Source: Eledone cirrhosa
Lineage: Eukaryota
NCBI GenBank assembly: GCA_964016885.1
Contig: OZ024740.1
Location: 26,660,001 to 26,724,000 of the forward strand
Direction of reading: 5' to 3'
DNA length: 64,000 nucleotides
Shown: positions 54,001 through 64,000 of the stretch, piece after piece
How the letters are laid out: the number at the start of each line of letters is the position of its first letter
Numbering within the stretch: position 1 is the stretch's first letter
Notes under the pieces: model-generated
Seen by the model: the letters and a program-made list of their open reading frames with translations, nothing else
Database searches by the model: none
Told to the model about the DNA's origin: nothing
Program-made: the position numbers and the translations under genes

Positions 54001-54522
54001 GCAGCTGAAGCATTCTATGCACATATATCTTCTCATATGTATATATATATATATATATATACATACATACATACATTCATATGTATATGCAGTCCAGAAA
54101 TAGCCGTCAAAACGGCTTGAGCTCTGCCGTCGGGGTTAAACATTTTCCTATTACCCACTCTACTACCCTAAGTATTGAGTACTCGGGTGCGTTATAGTCC
54201 ATCTGGTTCGTTACCACACCTTCGTTAGACATATATATATATATATGTATGTATTTATGTATGTATATAAAATATAATTTATAATGTTTCTCAGAAGAAA
54301 CTCAATAAACTAGTTTAGAACATCCATAATATAAAATAATTGTAAACTACATAGAAATATCAATAAACCAGGATATAATACATATATACTTACACACACA
54401 TATATGTATATATATACATATAAGAACAAATACAATTTAAGATGTTAAATAAAAAAAAAACATTACTAACATAACGAATAAGTTATATTTAAATGACCGT
54501 GTCCTCCTAATATGACCACCAT

Positions 54523-54629
54523 ACAAATTTGTATTTTGGTCTAAATTCATATATATATATATATATTAAAGCCTTGTTTGTCTCTCAATTGTTCTTGGCA
54601 TGGTGAACTAACTGTTGTGTAACCACTTC

Positions 54630-54700
<71 letters not shown>

Positions 54701-54717
54701 TTATATATATATATACA

Positions 54718-54780
<63 letters not shown>

Positions 54781-54946
54781 TTATATATATATATTTATAT
54801 ATATATATATATATGTATATATATGTATATATATATACATATAGAAGTGGTTACACAACAGTTAGTTTACCATGCCAAGAACAATTGAGAGACAAACTAG
54901 GCTTTAATATATATATATATATGAATTTAGACCAAAATACAAATTC

Positions 54947-54949
<3 letters not shown>
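54523..54949. repeat. Inverted repeat (about 112-bp arms) around a (TA)n tract
   Basis: 54523-54635 is the near-perfect reverse complement of 54838-54949. Confidence 0.9.
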
Positions 54950-55002
<53 letters not shown>

Positions 55003-55134
55003 CTGAGGGTTTTTTTTACAAAATGAAAAATAACCGAGGTGTCCTACACGAGTGAAAGTATAAAGAAAAAAAGATGAAATCTAAAATGCAACTGGAGTCT
55101 TATTTGAAAAAATATATATATATAATTATTTGGT

Positions 55135-55174
55135 TCCTTTACCGGTTTCGCAGTTCTTCTGCTTTTCAAAAGTA
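55135..55174 (-). ncRNA. Type I hammerhead, U3-A8 variant (family P)
   Basis: RC tactt-TTGAAAA-gcag(aagaa)ctgc-GAAA-ccgg-TA-aagga. Confidence 0.78.
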
Positions 55175-55245
55175 GAGTTGAGATGGAGGGTCGTGGTTTT
55201 TCTCACGTGAGATGTGAGAAAATCCATGACCCTCCATTTCAACTC

Positions 55246-55285
55246 TACTTTTGAAAAGCAGAAGAACTGCGAAACCGGTAAAGGA
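55246..55285 (+). ncRNA. Type I hammerhead, U3-A8 variant (family P)
   Basis: tactt-TTGAAAA-gcag(aagaa)ctgc-GAAA-ccgg-TA-aagga. Confidence 0.78.
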
Positions 55286-55353
55286 ACTAAATAAATATAT
55301 ATAATAAAAAAAAAAATAAGACTCCAGGTGCATTTTCGATTTAATCTTTTTTT

Positions 55354-55401
<48 letters not shown>

Positions 55402-55605
55402 AGAGATGTTGAACAAATTGTAGATATAATATATATTCACTGAACGCAGATGACACTAGGTCTAGAGTCAGTAAGTGATTATAAATATATACAGACATAC
55501 TGTAAGTGTATATACATTTGTGTATGGTGGCATAACATATATCGGATTCCTTATGTATGTACGTATATGTGTAAATATGTATATATATACATACATATGT
55601 ATATT

Positions 55606-55706
<101 letters not shown>

Positions 55707-56222
55707 GTATATTAATATATATATATTTATATATATATTTATTTATTTATATATTTATTCATATATAAATATTTATATATATATATATATTTTCCAGACA
55801 GACGGTAATTTCAATACGCACACGATCACACATAACAAACGTTTACTAACAACAATAGCAACACAAAAAACTATACCACCATTTTCAACTGTCTTTTATT
55901 TACCACCCACTCTACACTATATTCTGTTATATTTCACTTAAAACTATTCCTTCTTTTCTTCGACCATTCTTCCATTTCCTGAAAGTTCTACTCATCAAAG
56001 ACTTTATAAAGATAAATTGTTATTTTTTGATATTCATCATTGTCTTTTGTTCTATTTTCCTGTCTTCAAGGCTTCTGTTTTATTTGCTATATATTTTCTA
56101 TATATATATTTTTTTTCTTTAGATAGATACGTTTCTAAATCTCAAATATACCATATATAGTGTGTATGATATATCAGCAATTAATGTGTGTTTATCTATG
56201 TATACATAAATGTGTGTGTGTA

Positions 56223-56288
<66 letters not shown>

Positions 56289-56425
56289 GCTTTGTGTGTT
56301 TGTGTATAAATATATATATATATACATGTATATGTATATATATATATACGTATACATATATGTATATATGTATATATATACATATGTATATATATATAAA
56401 TATATGAAAAATAAAAATGTATATG

Positions 56426-56456
<31 letters not shown>

Positions 56457-56553
56457 GTATATATGTATATATATATTTTTATATATATGTATATATATAT
56501 ATATATAAATATGTATATGTATATATTATATATATATATAAATATATATATAC

Positions 56554-56690
<137 letters not shown>

Positions 56691-56830
56691 ATACATATAT
56701 ATACATGTATATACATATATATACATATATATTCATATATATATGTATATATGTATGTATTGGTGTATATGTATGGATATGAATATATTGCATATATATA
56801 TATATATATTTATTTTATGTATATATATAA

Positions 56831-56923
<93 letters not shown>

Positions 56924-57251
56924 ATACATATATATACATGATGTGTATATATATATATAATTATGTATGGATGTAAATATGTATATGTATATATGTATAT
57001 GTGAGAGTGTGTGTAACTCTTTGTGAGTGTCTGTATATTATATCCACAAATATTACTTGTAGTCGACTTAAATTGTTATTAATTTCTAAAAATGCGTAAT
57101 AAGATTGCTTAACCCCAATACATTACTGGTTCATTGTAGGAATGATCATAGTCTGAAGAATTGTAAATGAACCATTTGTACTAATAACTATCAAAAGGTC
57201 TTGACTGAATATACCAATTAGTGTTTACTCGGACATTCTCCAGACCTTTTT

Positions 57252-57328
<77 letters not shown>

Positions 57329-57340
57329 TATATATATATA

Positions 57341-57384
<44 letters not shown>

Positions 57385-57528
57385 TATACACATATATATA
57401 TATATATATATGTATATGTATTCAACTAGTGGGCGAGAGTATGAGTAATAGATATATTGATAGGCAGGTATTGGCGTGTATGTCTGTGCATCTAATATAT
57501 ATATGAATTCACACATATACTTACACAA

Positions 57529-57603
<75 letters not shown>

Positions 57604-57621
57604 CGTGTGTGTGTGTGTGTG

Positions 57622-57790
57622 AAAGTTTTTCCCGGGTTCTATCGGGGGTTACAACTGTAAGTAAGGTACTCAATACAAAGCAGAGTATAAATATTTAATA
57701 TAGAAAGGTTTCTACAGGACTAGAACTGTTTCATTCCTGGTGATTTTTCCCGAACGAAACAGCTCTAGTCCTGTAAAAGCCTTTCTAAAA
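57622..57790. repeat. Fold-back element with degenerate HHR (cagYtc-TA family)
   Basis: tagaaagg.ttctacaggactagaactgtttc / gaaacagctctagtcctgtaaaagcctttcta; centre CTGGTGA...GAAA-cagctc-TA; homologous to 14755-14902. Confidence 0.7.
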
Positions 57791-57796
57791 TTAAAT

Positions 57797-58633
<837 letters not shown>

Positions 58634-58870
58634 CCGGCAGGCGTGGAATTATGCAATTATATTGCTGGTCCCTCGTATCATACACAATTACTATTATTTC
58701 ACTTCGTTTTTATACCATTTCACGAACTCGGGCTGAGAGTATGTGGAGGAGGAGCACTATCTAGCCGTCGATACAAGCAAAGTATATAATAGGGAGATGA
58801 TAATATACCAACATACACCTGTATATGACCGTCCATGTATCTCTATATATGTTCTCTCTCTTTCTCTCTC

Positions 58871-58903
<33 letters not shown>

Positions 58904-59261
58904 ATATGTGCGTGTTTCTTCGTGTGTGTGTGTCTATACATACATATATATATAAATATATATGCATATATACTTATATATAGAGACATACGTACATACA
59001 TACATTCACACGTACTTCCATACATACCTACCTACATATATACATAAATGCATATATACGTGCATACACACATACATGCCTACATACATACATACATACA
59101 TACATACATACATACATACATACATACATACATACATACAAACATACCTACATACATATATACATATATACATATATACATACATTCATACACACATACA
59201 TATATACATATATACATAAATACATACACACATACATGCCTACATACATATATACAGACAT

Positions 59262-59897
59262 GGTGGCTGCCCCTTGTTATCGAGTATGGCTTTTGCACGA
59301 TATACCATTATTAATAATTATTAATTAATTCTAACGTGCAATTCCTGTGTGTGAAAATATTTTTTAAAGTGAGGAAAGACTGTGCACTGAGCCAATCCCA
59401 CTCTCTGAGCGACAGTAGCTATAACCCGAAAAGAAGAAAAGATCAACATCATCGGTAACTACTGAGCCGCAGGTTTTATATAGGAGTTATTCCAGTTTCC
59501 AGAGCTCCCTTTTCCTAGAAAAATGATGTGACAAATGTTAGGAGTCCCAGTGGTTTAACCGCGCGATCGGATATCCAGCCCGACTATTTCTATGTCCCCG
59601 CTCATATGCATACACATGCACCCATGCATATACACATATACATATACATACATATGTACATGTGTATATACATATTTACACATTTTTGGATGGCCGTTGA
59701 CTTTTATGAGTTCTTCCGCCCTTTTTTTGTCGGGTCTCTCATGAGTGCTACTGGTAACATGTAACCCAGTACAACCTGTCGCATGGTCGGGTCGTCGGCG
59801 ACTAAACCGGCAACACCACCAAGTTTGCTTGGTGAGGAGGAGGATTTTGGACTCCCTGCAGGACAAGAAAGAAAACCTGACAAAGGGCGGCAGAACA
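59262..59897. mobile_element. Second copy of the 27523-28125 repeat, with distal segment inverted
   Basis: 59262-59735 colinear with 27523-27985; 59745-59897 matches the reverse complement of about 27960-28115. Confidence 0.6.
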
Positions 59898-60055
59898 TAC
59901 CGTTCGTTTCCTTCATGTTTTTCTGAAATAAAATATTTTGTTTATTCATTGTTTTGTTTTGTATTTTTACCTTTTACCTTTCCCTCTGTTTTGCCTTAAA
60001 ACCGAGAAATTGAAGCAACGAGAATATCATAGAATTAAATAATAGTTTTTACTTT

Positions 60056-60194
60056 TGGTACTTTATTTTATCGGCCGCGTGAGGATGAAGGGCAAAGTTA
60101 ACCTCGACGGGATTTGAACTCAGAATGTAAAGGGACGTAAGTATGCTGGAAAGCATGGTGTCCAGCCCTCTACCGATATTGCCAATCCGCCGCC
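60056..60194 (-). mobile_element. SINE family A
   Basis: ggtactttattttatcg...ggcaaagttaacctcgacgggatttgaactcagaatgtaaagggacgtaa...ccaatccgccgcc. Confidence 0.8.
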
Positions 60195-60406
60195 CTGAAT
60201 AGGATGAAATAATATTAGTTAACCTAATATATCTTTCACAGTATTCTTAAATTTAAAGAAATATTACTATTTAGAAGTACTTTTTGAAATGGTGGATTAA
60301 AATGAAATATTCTCGTGTATTTCCAAGATAGGTGCTGTTCCGAACTTTACAACAAATTCAATTACTGCGTTTGAATATTAGATATTTAGCTAGGGGGGGG
60401 GGGGTT

Positions 60407-60600
60407 TTGCAGTATCGGTAGAAGGTCGGACAACATGATTTACGGCATAGGGTTACGCCTCTTTACGATCTGATTCAAATCCCACCGAGTTAACTTTGCC
60501 TTTCATTCTTACGGGGTCGATAAAATAAAGTACCAGTCACGCACTGGGGTCGATTTAATCCCAAATTGTTGACCTTTTGCCTAAATCAGAAACCATTATT
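60407..60600 (+). mobile_element. SINE family A
   Basis: gcagtatcggtagaaggtcggac...ttcaaatcccaccgagttaactttgcctttcattcttacggggtcgataaaataaagtaccag. Confidence 0.8.
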
Positions 60601-60839
60601 AGTGGTATAACTCTGAATATTGCCCCATATTGCCCCTTTTTTTCCTATTTCAGCATGATCCGTGCTCCATTTAGTGTTATCATTTGGCCTTGGTTGAGTG
60701 CCCCCATATCATCATCAGTTCCTGAGATATTTTTTTACTTTCTAAATCTGAAAACCTCATATTTAATTTATAGGCTTTTCAATGTTATACATGTTTGTTC
60801 CTTGAAACAACACGGAACACTCTCGCACCACAAAACCCT

Positions 60840-61393
60840 CCTCGGGTTCTCGATTGATATGATAGAGACAACAGCCAAATTCAGACTCAATTAAAAAAGA
60901 ATATACATATCATCAGAGCACATTGGGTAACGTACACTTATATGTAGTATGTCTAAAAAATATGAGTTGGTCATGGATGGAATGTTTCTCTAAATAAATT
61001 GGCTGGATGGCTTCAACCACAGTCAACCACAACAACAACAACAAGTAGCAATTAGAGATTTTGAGAGCTGTAAATGTATTGAACCACACTATAATATGTG
61101 ACTTTCCCTACCCCACACATGGTGATGTCTATATATCTAGTTCTTTTAATCTTTAACTTTAAAATGCATGGGTGAATGAACGAACCTCTACATGGTCAGT
61201 TGATATGCTAGAAATAGCAACTAAATACTCTTCAAATCATAAAATACGCTCTAATGGAATGAAAGATATGTTTGATAACGTGGTTCTAGATACCGCACTG
61301 TGTCTTATTAGACGATGGCATGGCCACGGTTGGATCGCCTTTCAACATAAATCAGCCGAATAACAGCTGATTTGCAGTCAAATAACAACAACG
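60840..61393 (+). repeat. Two decayed copies of a dispersed repeat with (CAA)n tail
   Basis: ttgatatg.tagaRa.a.ca.c.aaat ... tggYcaYgg.tgga ... aacaacaac at 60840-61045 and 61180-61393; weaker copy at 34830-35020. Confidence 0.55.
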
Positions 61394-63432
61394 ATGACAA
61401 GAATAATGATTTCTGTATCATTTATTTAATAAGGATTTCAAAAATATACGAACGCACATATATACACCCATTACACACTAATACACATATACATAAACAC
61501 ACGTGTGCACACTCCAAACATATTTATACGCATGCACGCAAATACACAGTAACATATTTAAACACACTCATAGAACTGGCCATATCTATAAAGACAGAGA
61601 TCTAACTGTAGTGGTGACAATAGTAGTCGTTGTTTATTGACTGTGTCAGAAAGATGTAGTCCTTGTAATTCATTATCGAACATTCCAAATGTATCAGAAA
61701 TGTTTTACTTCGTTATATTTTGGTAAAATGCCACCACAGCACAGAGAATCACACCAGGCATCTTCATCGGAATTATGTTCCTGAAAATTAACATGCAAGA
61801 TTTGATAGACATGTAGAGTTTATATACATAATGATCGGCGAGTATTTAGTGAGAGAATCAAAACATCCATCAACAACAATAATCACTAACAAGTCACTAA
61901 TTGTTGTGTAGAAAGGCAAGTTAAAAAGTGCATTGTTGTACACATTCACTGTTCAATAGACAGAATATAATATGACGAATATTCAGGACTGTTTAACTTC
62001 TATAGATAATTAATGAGAAATATGCATCTTCTATATCCAGCTATGTCTATGTATGTTCTGTTATGTCTTATTCTTGGGTTAATAATTGTGTTAGATGACA
62101 TTGATATCTGACAAAACGAAGGGACGTACGCTATGAAATACTATTGAACATTCTGTGTGGATGGTGTTATGCAGCAACTTTAAGACAAGAAAACAAGTAA
62201 TATACCCACTGAATGTTTTCGAAGCCTGTATTGGTTTGTTACGGGGCGACCCAATTATTGACTACTCTACTCTATGACTGGTATTTACGGGGTCGATAAA
62301 ATAAAGCACCTCTAATGCATTAAGGTCGATTTAATCGACTTTCCCCTCCCCCAAATGTGTTGCCCTTGAACCTAAACCAAAAACCATTTCTTGGTAAATT
62401 AGGTATAATAATTTATTTCTTCGATACATTTCTCCTCCGTTAATTGCAATATTTTATCATTCCACAAATAAATGTTGACATTTCCGTAGGTCAATTAAAA
62501 TACCCGAAAGGAAAAAAGTCTCAAACGTTCTTGAGCATAACTTGTACATATTTGCTCTTGCATTTCCAGTTGCATTTGTTAATATCTGTTACTACTACTG
62601 CAAATAGTTGACTGTTCACTTTTACTACTCACATTTACTCTGTATAGCTTACTCCTATTTTATCCAACACCTCACATGCACTCTAGATATTTACACGTTT
62701 ATTATGTATTTATTAATACAACATATAAAGCACTCCTAACCAAATATATAAATTATCCAATTCTTTCTACTACCGCATGCAGACCTTAGTTACAAACAAG
62801 ATGACATTCCACCACACACAATGTTTATGTCAGGGTGTAGTCGGAATGACGCCAAATGGGAACAGAGTTAATGGAACTCACAGACGCCCTTGAACGATAT
62901 CTGGTTAATCTACACTATGAACATTTTCCTCGGAGGCCGAATATTCTCGAAAGTTTGATGTTTATATTCATTTGTGGAACGATACAATATTGCAATTAAA
63001 GTAGGAGAAAATTATCGCAGGAATAAATTAGTATGCTTGATTTAACAAGAAATGCCAGGCATACTGTAGAATAGTCGATAAATGTGTTTCCTTTTAACAA
63101 AGCAACATAAAACAAAAATACATAAGTGTTTTGTTACCAGCGATGGAAGATATCAGGAATAGTTAAAAACCAAATAAATCTGGCAAAAAATATAGTCGAA
63201 ACGCCTTGACCGTTGAAAAAACTGGAACGACTTAAAAACTACCACATTCTCAAAACGCCTACTACCATACGAGGATCAGTTGAAAACTTTAAATAGTTGG
63301 TTGACTTTGTAGAAATGGTGCTAGAGCTTCTTATGTATAATTGCCTGGTTTTTCCAGAGACTATGTAGGAAAATAAACATCATTTGGTAATTCCATGAGA
63401 GTATCTTGATCAGTTTATGAAAATTTCAGCCA

Positions 63433-63468
<36 letters not shown>

Positions 63469-63482
63469 AGAGAGAGAGATTA

Positions 63483-63518
<36 letters not shown>

Positions 63519-64000
63519 TTTGCACGACACAATCACAATACACCAAATACTGTATTTAGGTGAGCAATATATTACTAAATACATTATTACATGTATTATG
63601 ATTAACTTCTGCCTGATGATAACTTGGTAGGTTACGTAATGTTTGCCTAACGCCTCTGAAATGTGCATAACAGACTTTATTTACTAAGCTGAATTATGGA
63701 AATATAGAACTCTTTCTTCGTATATACATACATATCAATGCACAGTCGAAAACCAGTCTGTGTGATACCAGTTCATATTTAGATGTTTACGTATTTATAA
63801 AATCTGCGGTGCCGAGTCCGGCGAAAGCCATAAATCAGGCGATAGATCAGGCGAAAGCAATAAATCAGGTGTTATATATATAAATATATATATATATATA
63901 TACAATATTAAATAAATGGAAAACTATATTTATAAAACCATATTTATTTCATTATATATATTTCGGGGATATCATATTAACAATATGCTATGCCTTCATC

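Larger units (their letters stand above)
54996..55356. mobile_element. Family P fold-back element
   Basis: Left arm 54996-55209 (minus), right arm 55210-55356 (plus); (TA)n both sides. Confidence 0.9.

Noticed and set aside
63804-63869. gccg(agtc)cggc-GAAA-gcca-TA hammerhead-like motif with short duplication
   Set aside because: The 5' box is CTGCGGT and stem I does not pair; likely chance or too decayed.

Overview
Eukaryotic, gene-poor, repeat-saturated DNA. The SINE/MITE families and (TA)n/(CA)n density resemble an octopod cephalopod genome, but this is inference from remembered repeat consensus. I found no credible host protein-coding exon; nearly all ORFs in the track are microsatellite translations. 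Recognisable coding remnants are retrotransposon or transposon pseudogenes: an apparently full-length, decayed Tx1/L1-clade LINE (4930-10506, 9-bp TSD) with two 3' fragments, a Neptune-like Penelope-like element (PLE; RT + GIY-YIG, 40277-44173), two Nematis-like PLE GIY-YIG fragments, and RTE, mariner, hAT and piggyBac remnants. The main signal is RNA-level. The short unique-looking islands between (TA)n tracts are mostly non-coding elements carrying type I hammerhead ribozymes (HHRs). About 25 intact or degenerate motifs from roughly a dozen unrelated families are readable by eye on both strands, arranged as head-to-head fold-backs and partial tandems (units of about 215, 311 and 595 nt). Two families clearly, and a third probably, use a compensated U3-A8 core (UUGANAA instead of CUGANGA) that a canonical motif search would miss. 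Most families have their own palindromic stem III. One HHR family is physically attached to a Nematis-like GIY-YIG end and another to the Neptune-like element, which points to the PLEs as mobilisers. All structures were read by eye; no folding, alignment or database search was run.
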